From IMG/VR virus record IMGVR_UViG_3300033233_000011: 64,000 nt of DNA, one strand, 5' to 3'. The notes below the pieces were generated by a model. It saw only the letters and a list, made by a program, of their open reading frames with translations. It was not told where the DNA came from and made no database searches. This document shows positions 21,500-32,048 of this stretch, in pieces. Numbering within the stretch: the stretch's first letter is position 1; each line of letters opens with the position of its first letter. Source of the stretch: an uncultured virus (IMG/VR IMGVR_UViG_3300033233_000011) (taxonomy: Duplodnaviria; Heunggongvirae; Uroviricota; Caudoviricetes). The translations under genes and the position numbers were made by a program.

Positions 21500-22002
21500 T
21501 GGCCGAGAACGAGGAGCGCGAGGCCGAACGTACAATGCTCGCTCACGCGCTCGACCGCGCCGGGATCCACGGATGCGCGTCCTACGTGCAAGCGTGCAAC
21601 GGTCCCGTGATGACGGAGTTTCCTGCCGGCCGAGCGCGTGAGCTAGCCGAGACGCTCGGCGGGAAGAGTAACGCATGGCGCGCCCGCGCCCGCGAGCTGA
21701 TCAATGGCTGGCGTGACCTCGCCAAGACGTGCGGCCTTGGCCAGGCGCCCGTGCTCCTGGGCTGCGCCTCTGACTTGGACCGCGTCTTCAACAGGCCCGA
21801 GCACACCGGGGAGACCCCCGCCCTGCTCACGGCAGAGGAACTGGTCGAAGTCTCGAAGCGCGGACGCTGCCACTGCGGGCACCTGCACGTGTTCCACGCC
21901 GAGCACGTGACGCGCTACGATCCGCCCTACGACTTGTGGTGCGGCATCGGGGGCTGCTCGTGCATGGAGTTTCGTCCGGAGCCCGTACCAAGTGGCCGCT
22001 GA
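21499..22002 (+). CDS. Hypothetical protein with C-terminal Cys/His zinc-binding motif
   Basis: CHCGH...H...C...CSC..F. Confidence 0.6.
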   Translation: MAENEEREAERTMLAHALDRAGIHGCASYVQACNGPVMTEFPAGRARELAETLGGKSNAWRARARELINGWRDLAKTCGLGQAPVLLGCASDLDRVFNRPEHTGETPALLTAEELVEVSKRGRCHCGHLHVFHAEHVTRYDPPYDLWCGIGGCSCMEFRPEPVPSGR

Positions 22003-22369
22003 CGTGGTGCCCGCCCTGCTCACGGCCGAGGAGCTGGTCGAGGTGGCCCGCAGGGGCCGGTGCCGCTGCGGGCACCTGCGAGTGTTCCACGGCGACGGGC
22101 GCGAGCTCACTGCGGAGGGAGCATGGTCTGCGCCCTGCCACACGGGGGCCGCACAGGGGCAAGATGTGACCGTGCGCGATCGTCCCGGATCCGCCGTCGG
22201 CCGACATCGCGACGAAGCTGAACTGCGAAGCGCGACCCGTGCTTCCTGCGCTGCGGCGTCGAGGGCAACGGCCGCGGGACGTGGCGGGTGATCCCGAAGG
22301 TGCTGCGCCTGGAGTGGCTCCGCGCCGTGGAGGTTGCCGTCGACCGGGGGCGCCGGTAGCCTCGGGGGC

Positions 22370-22777
22370 GTGAACTACGAGCGCTTCTCGAACCCGCTCA
22401 CCGAGAAGTACCCGCTCGCCGGTGCGAGAGTCGACGGCCGGATCGTCGGCAGCGACGTTCCGAACACCTCTTCGATCGGCGCGAGCCTCGACAGCTACGA
22501 AGTCCTGCGCGGCATCCGCGAGGTCCCGCTCTCGGCGTTCACGCAACTCGGTCCGCTGCGGCCGCGCTACTCGGTGAGCGAGGAGCGCCGGACGAAGGAT
22601 CTGACGGAAGACATCCGTTGGTCCGGTCGAGTCGACCCGCTCATCGTTGTCGAGGACGCCGAGGGGCCGTACGTGCTCGAAGGAGGGCACCGCTTCGACG
22701 CCCTGCGCCGGCTCGGCGCTCGGGCGCTGCCGGCGCTGGTCGTGCTCGACCTCGAAAGCCTCGCGGGTGCGGCGTGA
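22370..22777 (+). CDS. ParB/sulfiredoxin N-terminal-like domain protein with N-terminal RFSNPL tag
   Basis: DI..SGRVDPLIV....YVLEGGHRFDALRRLG; begins (M)NYERFSNPL. Confidence 0.75.
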   Translation: MNYERFSNPLTEKYPLAGARVDGRIVGSDVPNTSSIGASLDSYEVLRGIREVPLSAFTQLGPLRPRYSVSEERRTKDLTEDIRWSGRVDPLIVVEDAEGPYVLEGGHRFDALRRLGARALPALVVLDLESLAGAA

Positions 22778-23322
22778 TCTTCGAGTGGCTCTCCGCCGCC
22801 CCCTCCGAGGCCGCGATCGACACGCTCGACCCGAGCATCCGCGTCCTGGCCGACGCGCTGCTGCGCCGCGCCGCCGCCCAGGGCGTCTCGCTCGCCGTGA
22901 CCGACGGCTACCGCTCGTGGGACGACCAGGAACGGCTCTACAAGCAGGGCCGCGAGACGCCGGGGCCGATCGTCACGGGCGCGAAGCCGGGCTACTCGTG
23001 GCACCAGTACAGCCTCGCGTTCGACGTCGCGAAGCTGCAGGACGGGAAGCGCACGTGGCCCGCGGACCGCGCGTTCTGGGAGCGGATCGGCGCGATCGGC
23101 GCGGGCCTGGGCCTGAAGTGGGGCGGCTCGTTCGGGGACCTGCCGCACTTCGAGTACCACCCGGGGCTCTCCTTCGAGGACGCGATGAACGGGAAGAGGC
23201 CGCCGGTGCCGAGCGTCCCGCCCGAGGGTGGGGGCGGCTCGAAGAGCGGCTGGGTGGCCGTCGGCCTCTTCGGCGCGCTCGCGGCGGCGGGGTTGTGGCT
23301 CGCGCGGGGGAAATTGTGGTAG
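22774..23322 (+). CDS. M15-family peptidoglycan peptidase with C-terminal transmembrane anchor
   Basis: GYRS..DQ..LY.QGR, SWHQYSLAFD, WGG.F.DLPHFE; hydrophobic C-terminus. Confidence 0.9.
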   Translation: MIFEWLSAAPSEAAIDTLDPSIRVLADALLRRAAAQGVSLAVTDGYRSWDDQERLYKQGRETPGPIVTGAKPGYSWHQYSLAFDVAKLQDGKRTWPADRAFWERIGAIGAGLGLKWGGSFGDLPHFEYHPGLSFEDAMNGKRPPVPSVPPEGGGGSKSGWVAVGLFGALAAAGLWLARGKLW

Positions 23323-23732
23323 AGGATCGGGTGATGCGGCATCGCCACGCATTCTTTCGTTGGCTCCTGCTCGGCGGCGCAAGGCGTTCCGCTCCAAGGT
23401 GCTGCGATGCGTAGCCTCCCGCCGCAGCAGAAAATGTGGTTGGCGTTCGCCGACTCGTACGAGGAAGTTGAAATCGTCTGCCGAGGTGTGAGCGGCCACG
23501 TCTTCAAGCCCGGCCACAAGCCCGAGCAGCCGTACACAGTCGTCGACTGTGACGGTCACGAGTACATCGTAGGGCTCGCGAACCTTCATCACTCCCCGCT
23601 CGAAGCGTCGATCGAGATGGCCCAGCTCGCGAAGAAGCACGGCGTCAAGCTGGAGAGTAACCCGTCGGACCCGGACGATGACGACCCGCCGGATTCTTCG
23701 CCAGGCGATGACGATGACGAGGACGACGACGA

Positions 23733-24218
23733 GTGAACTACGAGCGTTTCTCGAACCCGCTCGTAGTTCGGCGCACCTCGAACGCCGGCCGCTCGACGCT
23801 CGACCGCGCCGTCGCGCACTACGGGCTCACGGACTTCTGGCCGTACGCCGGGTACATCCTGCCCGACGGATCGATGCTCGACTTCTCAGAGGGATCCGGC
23901 AGACGGACGCAGGACCACCACAACGTCGAGCAGTTCGTGCGCGTCGGGGAACGCGAGTCCCGGCACGACGCGATGATCAAGTTCATGCGCGTGACGGGTG
24001 CGATCCGCTTCGGCCCCGAGGGCATGACGTTCATGCTCGTCGAGCGACCGACGGGCGACCAGATCCGGCGCATGACCGAGATCGTGCGCGAGTCCGACAA
24101 GCCGCCCGTGCTCGAACTCCGGGACGCCCACGGCGAGGTCGAGTGGCAGCGGGAGTACGAGGACTGGAACCAGCGTGAGTTCGCGCGCGACCTGCGCGCC
24201 TACGGCCCCGGGGAATGA
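23733..24218 (+). CDS. Hypothetical protein with N-terminal RFSNPL tag
   Basis: MNYERFSNPL; contains AGYILPDGSMLDFS...DH. Confidence 0.75.
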   Translation: MNYERFSNPLVVRRTSNAGRSTLDRAVAHYGLTDFWPYAGYILPDGSMLDFSEGSGRRTQDHHNVEQFVRVGERESRHDAMIKFMRVTGAIRFGPEGMTFMLVERPTGDQIRRMTEIVRESDKPPVLELRDAHGEVEWQREYEDWNQREFARDLRAYGPGE

Positions 24219-25077
24219 CTGATGAGGCAGGAGCGCTCTTCCCCCCGCACTTCCCTCTCGCGCCAGGACGAGGACGAGCGCCCGGCGGCCGCGCGCTTCA
24301 CCGGCAGGGGGATCTGCCCCGACTGCGGGAGCCTGCCGCACCGCGTGCGCGGCCGGCGGTGCGGGCGCTGTGGGCTCCGGAAGGGGCAGGAGCGCGGCGC
24401 CGAGGAGCAGGCGCGGACGTGGGCGAAGAAGTCGCACCAGTGGGACTCGTTTTACTGATGCCGGACCGCGCCGTGATGCTCCCGATGCGCGCGTTCGCGG
24501 GCGTGAACGTGCAAATCATCAAGTGGAGCGCGCCCTACGACCAGGACTGCCCCGTCTGCGGCGCGCGCGTGATCGACGACGGCAAGACGACCCGCGACGT
24601 GGAGCTGGCGAAGGACGGGTGGCGGTGCCTGCCGTGCGCCCCGCCGATCGACCTGGGGTTGTGATGAACCGTCGCGCCTTCTTCGCTTTCTACGTGGGCG
24701 AGGCCCTCGGTCAGCTCGACCAAGCGCCGCGGGTGTCGATCGTCGGCCAGGGTCCGACGCGCCCACGCTGGGTCGCACTGTTCGAGTGGGCCGCGACGTT
24801 CGGGTGGTCGTGCGCGGCTTGACCGATGCGGAGTGGACCGCGCTGCGACCGATCGGCGAGCCTGGCGAGTACGCGCACGATGCGATCGTGCAGGCGCTCG
24901 TCGATTGCGGCCGTGCGCGGTGGGAGCGGGAGCCCGACGGGGGCTGCGTGCTCGTACCCACCGAGCTGGGCATGCTCGCGCTTCGTTTGGCCGAGATGGG
25001 CGCTCGCTAGGGGCCTAGAAAGCTGCGCCCGCACGCGCGGCTTGGCTGTTCGGCCGGGCTCGGGTAGGCTCCGGGGC

Positions 25078-25653
25078 GTGGACTACGGGCGCTTCTCGAA
25101 TCCGCACGGCGGCTCCGCGCGGACCTCGAACCAGCAGGCCGGCATGCCCTGGGGCGAGGGCTACGTCATCATCCCTACGTTCGGCTGGAAGCAGATCGGC
25201 GGGGACGTGAGCGCTGACAAGTACGGCGGCACGATCGCGCGGGCGGACGGGTCGAGCATCGAGCTTTTGAAGATCCAGCCGGTGCGCGAGTACGTCGGCG
25301 AAGGGGAAGCCCGGGACGTCGGCTACCCGTTCTGGACGCGCGAGGCGAGCTTCGACGCTGCCGACCTCGACCCGAACAAGAAGGAAGTGCAGAGCGCGAT
25401 GCGGTCCGTCGGGATCAGCAAGTCCGACCTCGCTGACATGACGCCGGAGGTGCGCGCGGTCGCGCTCGCCGAGGCGATGCTCGACTACGGCCACGCCGAG
25501 GAGGGTCCCGCGGGCTGGTCCAAGGACCTGCCGAACTACGACGTCGAGTGGTCGTACGGCGGCAAGCGACAGAAGATGCGCGAGTACCTCGCCGAGGAGG
25601 ACGACGAGTTCCGGCGCGAGGTGCTCGGCGAAGAGGACGAGGACGAGGAATGA
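25078..25653 (+). CDS. Acidic hypothetical protein with N-terminal RFSNPH tag
   Basis: (M)DYGRFSNPHGG; TTGGCT-17-TAGGCT promoter 7 nt upstream. Confidence 0.75.
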   Translation: MDYGRFSNPHGGSARTSNQQAGMPWGEGYVIIPTFGWKQIGGDVSADKYGGTIARADGSSIELLKIQPVREYVGEGEARDVGYPFWTREASFDAADLDPNKKEVQSAMRSVGISKSDLADMTPEVRAVALAEAMLDYGHAEEGPAGWSKDLPNYDVEWSYGGKRQKMREYLAEEDDEFRREVLGEEDEDEE

Positions 25654-25877
25654 ACGCCCTCTCCGGCCTCGCCCAGTCCCGCAAGGTCTGGTACGTGTCC
25701 GCGGTCCTCGCCGCCGGCCAGGCGATGGTACAGACCCACCAGCTCCCAGCGACGTGGTGGTGGGCCGGATCCTGCGCGCTCGCGGCCGTGTACGTCGTCG
25801 CGCACGCGGCGCAGGAGCGGGGCAAGCCGCCGCCGGCACCGACGCCCCCGCCCGCACCGCCGGCGAGCGGAGGTTGA
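25650..25877 (+). CDS. Holin-like small membrane protein
   Basis: SRKVW start motif and two hydrophobic segments. Confidence 0.45.
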   Translation: MNALSGLAQSRKVWYVSAVLAAGQAMVQTHQLPATWWWAGSCALAAVYVVAHAAQERGKPPPAPTPPPAPPASGG

Positions 25878-25879
25878 AC

Positions 25880-26155
25880 GTGGACTACGAGCGGTTCTCA
25901 AATCCGATCAGCGCCCGGAAGCGGCTGAACAAGGAGACCGCGCAAGCACTCGCGACGGCAAAGCGCGAAGGCTGGCGAATCAAGTGGCTCGAACCCGGTG
26001 AAAAGCCCGGACGGAACCTGGTGCGCGCCTGGGTGCAGACGCGCGGCGGCGAGACGCTCACGACTCTCACCAGTGGCAGTCCCATCCCGCGCTCGGAGAG
26101 GAAGAGCTACGAGCACGACCTGTTCTGGGAGGCGTGGATGCGTTCGCGCCGGTGA
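25880..26155 (+). CDS. Hypothetical protein with N-terminal RFSNP tag
   Basis: (M)DYERFSNPI; GGAGG RBS. Confidence 0.7.
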   Translation: MDYERFSNPISARKRLNKETAQALATAKREGWRIKWLEPGEKPGRNLVRAWVQTRGGETLTTLTSGSPIPRSERKSYEHDLFWEAWMRSRR

Positions 26156-26399
26156 CCCGTCGCCCGCCCGAGCACCTCGAAGGGGTGAGGGGTGAGCACC
26201 TGTGGCGCTTCTCCGACGGCAACGCCGCGTGGCACTTGCTCCGTCCGTCCGACTTCGACCGCTCCTTCGTCCGCCGGTCGCTGCGCCCCGTCCCGCAGAG
26301 CCCGCTGCGCGCGCTCGCCGACAAGATCGGCGACTTCTTCCTCGCGGGCGTCGTCCTCGCCGTCGCGCTAGCGTTCATGCTGAAGGCGTGCTCCTGAAA

Positions 26400-26621
26400 A
26401 TGTTCGACCTCTACGACGGCTACTTCCAGCCGCAGATCGTCATCTACACCCTCGAAGGTTGCCCGGCCTGCACGCAGGCGAAGGACTACTTCCGGAACCG
26501 CGGCGTCGCGTTCACCGTCCGGGACGGCGCGGGGCTCGGCGAGGTCCCGGTCGTCGAGGTCGGCGGCGAGCGGACGGTCGGCTTCGACCCGCGGTGGATC
26601 GACGCGAAGCTGGGGCGCTAG
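26400..26621 (+). CDS. Glutaredoxin/NrdH-like protein with N-terminal MFDLYDGY tag
   Basis: IYTLEGCPAC.QAK.YF, VPVVEVGG...VGFD. Confidence 0.8.
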   Translation: MFDLYDGYFQPQIVIYTLEGCPACTQAKDYFRNRGVAFTVRDGAGLGEVPVVEVGGERTVGFDPRWIDAKLGR

Positions 26622-26897
26622 GTGTTCGACCTCTACGACGGCTACTTCGAGGAGGAGTCCCGCTCCTTCCTCGGCCAGCCCGCGCTGCCGAGCGGCGACT
26701 CCGCGCTGCGCCTGGTCCAGGGCGACACGAGCGCCGCGTCGACCGTGCTCCTGCACTGGGGCCTGCGGACCGTCCTCATCGCCTCGGGCCTGTACCTGGC
26801 GGGGATGCGCGAGAAGGTGTGGCTCGGCGCGTTCGGGGGATCGACCGCGATCGAGCTGTTCGTGCTCGGCTGGGCGGCGACGCACCGGGACGCTTGA
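26622..26897 (+). CDS. Small membrane protein with MFDLYDGY tag
   Basis: Same first 9 codons as the previous gene; two hydrophobic stretches. Confidence 0.7.
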   Translation: MFDLYDGYFEEESRSFLGQPALPSGDSALRLVQGDTSAASTVLLHWGLRTVLIASGLYLAGMREKVWLGAFGGSTAIELFVLGWAATHRDA

Positions 26898-27182
26898 AGC
26901 GGGACCTCGATCCGTGGGAGGCTCTGTCGTGGCTCTCGTGGGTGCTCGTCCTCGCGGTCCTGGTGGTCTGGGTCTGGCGGCGCTGCTCGCCGTAGCGTGC
27001 GGGCCGCAGAGGCCCGCGTGCGCGCCGGAGAGTGAACTGGGGAAGCTGGAAGCGGCGTTCTTGGCCGAGGCGCTCGTCGATTGCAAGGGGTTCACGTTCG
27101 ACACGTGTCCCGCGCTGCCGAAACTCCGCGCCGAGTATCGGGTGAAGGTCGAGGCGTGGCGGGACTGCGTGGGAGAGAAGCC

Positions 27183-27455
27183 GTGAGCATCTGGCAGCGG
27201 CTGTCGAATCCTCTGGCTCCGTCAGAAGGCGACGACTACGACGACGTGGAGGGATCTGACCGCGCAGTTTTCGGACAGTACAAGGTACACGTTGACGTCC
27301 ACCAGAGCAGGGCGGTTCCCAGCTACGTCTACGGCTCGATGTACCGCAGCGACGCGATCAGGGTTGCAAAGGCACACAGAGGTCGAGGCAAAACCGTGAC
27401 CGTCATCGACGAAGAAAGCCCCGATGTCGTGTGGCAGAGCGAGAACGGAAGATGA
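27183..27455 (+). CDS. Hypothetical protein with N-terminal RLSNPL tag
   Basis: (M)SIWQRLSNPL. Confidence 0.65.
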   Translation: MSIWQRLSNPLAPSEGDDYDDVEGSDRAVFGQYKVHVDVHQSRAVPSYVYGSMYRSDAIRVAKAHRGRGKTVTVIDEESPDVVWQSENGR

Positions 27456-27999
27456 TCCTCGACGACCTCATCCGGCTCCTGCGCTCCGTCCCGCCCGAGG
27501 CCTACGACGCGCTCGGCCGCCTCTTCACCAGCGTCGCGAGCGCCCCGGACCCCGTCGAGGCCGCGCGGCGGGCCGCGGAGGCCATCGCGGCCGAAGAGGG
27601 CGCGGACGAGATCCTGAAGAAGGCGCTCGGGCGGAGCGCGCCGTGAGCCACCTCGACAACGGTACGGTCCAGGTGCTGCGAGATGTGGGAGAGCAGGCGA
27701 CGGCTATTCTCATCGAGACCAGCCGGATCGTGCAGGGCCTGTCGGCGGGGCAGATCCTCGATCAGAACCGCGGGCAGGCGGCGTTCTATTTCGGCGAGGC
27801 GCTGTGGGCGCTCACCGGCGGGGCGCCCTGGCACCTCGTCGAGCGCCGGCTCCTGCAGGTCGCGGCGCTCTGGAGGCAGGCGTCGTGACCAGCGCCGAGC
27901 TTCACCGATGGGCCCGGCCGATCGAACTCGCCGCGCTCGCTGCCAACGGTCTCGTCGACGAACCCATCAGCGTCGCGAAGTCCCTGCACGGCGTTTGGA

Positions 28000-28503
28000 T
28001 CAGGCGCGCGGTCTAGGGCCTCGCTGCCGTTTTGTGCGGGGACCGCCGACGTGCGGCCAGATCCGACCGGAGCAGATCGCTGAGACGGTCACGGGTGTCA
28101 CCGCAAACTCCGCCGCTAGATCCATTCCGTACTCGCCGTTGGCGTACCTCTGACGAATCGCGAGCACGTCGACCTCTTTCAATCGAGCCCTCGGACAACC
28201 TTCGCCTCGGTAGTTCTTCCTGCCCTTGGCGAAGGAGTCCTGCATGTTCTCTGCGTTAGTGCCCAAGAACAGGTGCGCTGGGTTGCAGCACGGCGGATTG
28301 TCGCAACGATGCAGCACGTGCAGATCGCCGGGGTGTGCCCCGGTGCTGATCCACCAGGCAACACGCGGGCTCGTGTGTCCGTGGCCCTCGAACCAGAAGA
28401 GCCCGTAGCCCTTCGGGTTGCGGTGAGCTTTCCAGGGCCAGCACTCGTCGTCGCCACGGCGCTCGACGCGCGACCAAAAAACTGCGACTCTTGCTTCGTC
28501 CAC
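28000..28503 (-). CDS. HNH homing endonuclease with C-terminal HTH
   Basis: CWPW...GYG, VLHRCDNPPCCNPAHLFLGTNAENMQD; antisense to its neighbours. Confidence 0.92.
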   Translation of the reverse strand: MDEARVAVFWSRVERRGDDECWPWKAHRNPKGYGLFWFEGHGHTSPRVAWWISTGAHPGDLHVLHRCDNPPCCNPAHLFLGTNAENMQDSFAKGRKNYRGEGCPRARLKEVDVLAIRQRYANGEYGMDLAAEFAVTPVTVSAICSGRIWPHVGGPRTKRQRGPRPRA

Positions 28504-28575
28504 GGCGGTACCTCGCTACTGGGCCACGGCCGCGGGTGCTCGTACACCGCGCGGCCAACTTTCTCGGAGCCTAGC

Positions 28576-29448
28576 ATGACCCCCGACCGGATCCGCCTGA
28601 AAGCCGCAGCCTACGCGACCGCGTGGGAGCGCCTCTTCGGCTCGCCGCCGTCGACCCACAACACCGCGCTCGGGCTCTCGGTTGCGCTGGCCGAGACGAA
28701 AGCGGGTGATTCCTGGATCGGACCCGACGGCGTGCTCGACACGGCGGACGACCCGCGAAATTGGGGGGCATCGACGCTGCGCGCCCTGAACGCGGCCGAG
28801 CTGGCCGCCGTCGAGGCCGCCGGCATCAAGCCGACCGTCGGACCGGAGCGCGAGGAGCGCGCTCGGGCGGCGAAGACTGCGATCGTCCTCGCGGGTCTAC
28901 CGCTGCCGCAGGGGGAGATCCACTGCGACAGCCGGCCGACCTCGCACGGTTCGGTCGCGTATTTTACCTTCTTCCGTACGAGCACGACCGACGTCGACGG
29001 CGCCGAGTACTTCCTGCGGATCCTCGCCGGCACGCCGGACCGACCGAAGCCGGCGAGGGTGATCCTGGAGAGCGGCTCCGGCACCGAGCACGACCTCGCG
29101 GCGGCGATGTACTCGGCCCATTATTTTCTCGGCCGCCATGACCCAGCGCAGCCCGGCGGCGCGCAGAGGAACATCGACGACTACATCTCGTTCATCCGAC
29201 CGTGGGCGGCGGCCGTGAGGGCCGCGCTCATCGGCGAGGACGACACGATCCCGCCGCCCCCGCACCCGGCCGTGCTCGCGGAGGGGTCGCGCGGGCCGGC
29301 GGTGCTCCGGTTGCAGCAGAAGATCATGGTGCACGACGGGAGCTTCGGACCCGTGACCACTGCTGCGCTCAAGGTGAAGCAGCGCCTGCTCGGCCTGCCG
29401 GAGACCGGCGTGCTCGACGAGGCGACGAAGAAGAAGCTCTGCCTCTAG
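28576..29448 (+). CDS. Putative endolysin: lysozyme/glucosaminidase-like region plus peptidoglycan-binding domain
   Basis: C-terminal L.EGSRGPAVLRLQ...DGSFGPVTTAALK..Q...GL..TG..D..T is PG_binding_1-like; the catalytic call is tentative. Confidence 0.65.
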   Translation: MTPDRIRLKAAAYATAWERLFGSPPSTHNTALGLSVALAETKAGDSWIGPDGVLDTADDPRNWGASTLRALNAAELAAVEAAGIKPTVGPEREERARAAKTAIVLAGLPLPQGEIHCDSRPTSHGSVAYFTFFRTSTTDVDGAEYFLRILAGTPDRPKPARVILESGSGTEHDLAAAMYSAHYFLGRHDPAQPGGAQRNIDDYISFIRPWAAAVRAALIGEDDTIPPPPHPAVLAEGSRGPAVLRLQQKIMVHDGSFGPVTTAALKVKQRLLGLPETGVLDEATKKKLCL

Positions 29449-29807
29449 GAGATCCCCGTGAAGCCCAAGAAGAAATGCCCCCGTCCTCGCGTCATCGATC
29501 TCATGGCCTACGTGCGTCGCGCCCCCTTCCGTGTCCAGGTCAAGTGGAAGCCGCAGCCGGACGACTCGGACCAGCAGATCCTGCGCGCGGCGCGTGCGCG
29601 GCCGGCGTTCTCCATCCGCAAACTCGTGCTCTTCAACTGCAAGACACGCGACGAAGCGGAGAAGATCAAGATCCGCGTCGAGGCCGCCCTGCCGCACGCG
29701 CACGTGCGCGTCGTGGACCGCGTCCGGGCCATCGAGAAGCACCGGACCTGGGCGAAGAAGCGTCGCGTCGCCCGGCGCGTGAAGAAGATCAAGCTGCTCG
29801 TCGCGTG

Positions 29808-29960
29808 ATGGACTTCGCCCGCTTCTCGAACCCGCTGCAGGCGAACCAGGGCATCGGCCTCGTCCAGCAGCAGCGCCCCGTCGTCCCGAAGCAGCAGCGC
29901 AAGCCGCGAGTCAAGACATCGCGGACCGGAGCGACGCCTACTCGCGAGCGCTTGGTGTAG
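29808..29960 (+). pseudogene. Short ORF resembling the 5' end of the kinase-like gene, upstream of TnpB
   Basis: MDFARFSNPLQANQGIGLVQ vs MNFFQRFSNPLAQNQGIALVQ at 31138. Confidence 0.6.
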
Positions 29961-29972
29961 TAGGATAGATAC

Positions 29973-31070
29973 GTGCTCCGCAGCTACCGCTATCCGCTCC
30001 GGCCTACGGTGGCGCAAGAAGCGAAGCTCGATCAGTGGCGCATCGCCTGCTGCGACCTCTACAACGGCGCCCTCGAAGAGCGACGCGAAACGTGGCGCCG
30101 GCAACGCTACTGCGTGACCTTCTACGACCAGCAGCGTGAACTCGTCGAGCTGCGGCATTCGGTCGCGGAGTGGGAGTCTGTTCCCAGCGACATCGCGCGC
30201 AGTGCATTGCGCCGTCTCGATCGCAGCTTCAAGGACTTCCGTCGCCGTCTTCGGCGCGGAGAAGATCCCGGCCCGCCTCGTTACCGCGGTGTCGATCACT
30301 ACAAGTCCTTCAGTCTCGGAGATCGTCACCGAATCGTCGAGAACCGCCTGCACGTTCCGAAGCTCGGCTGGGTGAAGCTACACCTGTACCGGCCGCTCGG
30401 CGGCCCGGTGCGCGACGTGGTCCTGAAGAAGGAGGCCGGCGGTTGGTTCGCCTACGTCGTCTGCGACATCGGCGCCGCGCCGCCGAAGGGCGTCGTGCAT
30501 CCGAACAAGATCGTCGGCATCGACGTGGGGCTCAACGTGCTGGCCGTGCTATCGGACGGTGGCGCCATTGAAAACCCGAGGTACATGAAGAAAAGCGAGG
30601 TGCTGCTCGCACGACGCCAGCAAGCGTACCGCCGCAAGCGTCCTGGATCACGAAGCCACGCGCGAGCCGTGAACCTCGTAGCGAGGATGCGGCAACACAT
30701 CGGCGATCAGCGGCTCGACTACGCCCGCAAAACCGCCAAGCAACTCATCAACAACTACGACTTGATCGTGCATGAAGACTTGCAGATCGCCCGCATGGTG
30801 CGGGGGAACTTCGCGAAGTCCATCCACGACGCCGGCTGGGGAATCCTCTTGCGGTGCATCGCTTCCAAAGCGGAAGAAGCTGGGAAGCACGTCATCGCAG
30901 TAGACCCCCGCGGTACCAGTCAGCGGTGCAGCATGTGCGGGAAGGCGGTGGCGAAGGACCTCTCGGTCCGCGTCCACGCTTGCCCTAACTGCGGCTACAC
31001 CGCTGACAGGGACCTCAACGCCGCTCGGAACATTTTGGCGCTCGGTAGGAGCGTGGTGGCGGTCGCATGA
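29973..31070 (+). CDS. tnpB: RNA-guided endonuclease TnpB (IS200/IS605 family), no adjacent TnpA
   Basis: YRYPLRPT HTH, RuvC GIDVG / HEDL / DRDLNAARNI, zinc finger CSMCG..CPNCG. Confidence 0.95.
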   Translation: MLRSYRYPLRPTVAQEAKLDQWRIACCDLYNGALEERRETWRRQRYCVTFYDQQRELVELRHSVAEWESVPSDIARSALRRLDRSFKDFRRRLRRGEDPGPPRYRGVDHYKSFSLGDRHRIVENRLHVPKLGWVKLHLYRPLGGPVRDVVLKKEAGGWFAYVVCDIGAAPPKGVVHPNKIVGIDVGLNVLAVLSDGGAIENPRYMKKSEVLLARRQQAYRRKRPGSRSHARAVNLVARMRQHIGDQRLDYARKTAKQLINNYDLIVHEDLQIARMVRGNFAKSIHDAGWGILLRCIASKAEEAGKHVIAVDPRGTSQRCSMCGKAVAKDLSVRVHACPNCGYTADRDLNAARNILALGRSVVAVA

Positions 31071-31137
31071 CCGCGCCGAAGACCAAGAGCAAGGTTGCTA
31101 CCGCACTGGGGATGCGTTTCGTCTGGGCGCTGACGCC

Positions 31138-32048
31138 ATGAACTTCTTTCAGCGCTTTTCAAATCCGCTAGCCCAGAACCAGGGCATCGCCCTCGTGCAG
31201 CGACCGCCACGCGAGCCAAGGATCCGCCGTCCTCGGATCAAGCACTGGGCTCAAGCGATTGCAGATCGCTCTGATGCCTACGCAAAAGCTCTGAACGTTC
31301 CACTCGGAGAAATTCTGGGCTGTGGGCACTTCGGCTGCGTGTTCGATTCCACGCCGCCGTGGGTCGTCAAGTTCAGCCTCGACCCGAACGAGGGGCCGAT
31401 CTGGCAGCGGATCCTCGGGCTGCTCGAAGAAGAGTCGTACGGGCAGGGCGGCCTCACGCGCGTCAAGCTCCTGACGCGCATCGATCCCGGCATCAAGTCT
31501 GGGAGCCGGACGAAGAAGCTCTACGCGGTCGTGCGCGAGGCCGTGGCGCCGGCGTTCGTGATGGGGCGCGGCGGCAACACGTACACGCTCTCGCCGTACA
31601 CGGTCCGTCGGCTGGGACTGAACCCCGACCCGACGCTCGGGTGGCACTACGAGCACTACTCGCGCTCGGTCGTCACGGCGGACGGCGGCGAGGCGCACAC
31701 GCCTATCGTGGAAGAGTTCGCCGAGAACGTCCGGGCCATTCAGGTGTACCGAGACGAGGCGCACGACTACCACCGCGGCGACAAGGACACGAGCCGGATC
31801 GAGCGCGCCGTCAACCACCTGCGCGGCTCGACCGGCGGCGCGCTCGGCGAGACGCTCCAGATGCTGCTCTCGAACGACGTCGTGCTCGGCGACGTGCACC
31901 TCTTCAACGTCGGCTGGCGCCTGTACCGGAGCGCGCGGGGTTCTCGGACGAGGACGAGACGCTCGTGGTGTTTGACCCAGGTCACACGCCGACGCGGAAG
32001 AACGTGCCGATCGGCACGACGCTCGTCTCGAACCCGCGGCGGTGCTGA
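31138..32048 (+). CDS. Protein-kinase-like (ePK/APH fold) protein with SNP tags; apparent -1 frameshift near 31925-31940
   Basis: LGCGHFGCVF, VVK and DVHLFNVG in one frame; VVFDPG and the C-terminus in the other frame. Confidence 0.65.

Noticed and set aside
23407..23736. ESNP in an acidic small protein as another tag instance
   Set aside because: Lacks the preceding F/L and aromatic residue and is not terminal; may be chance
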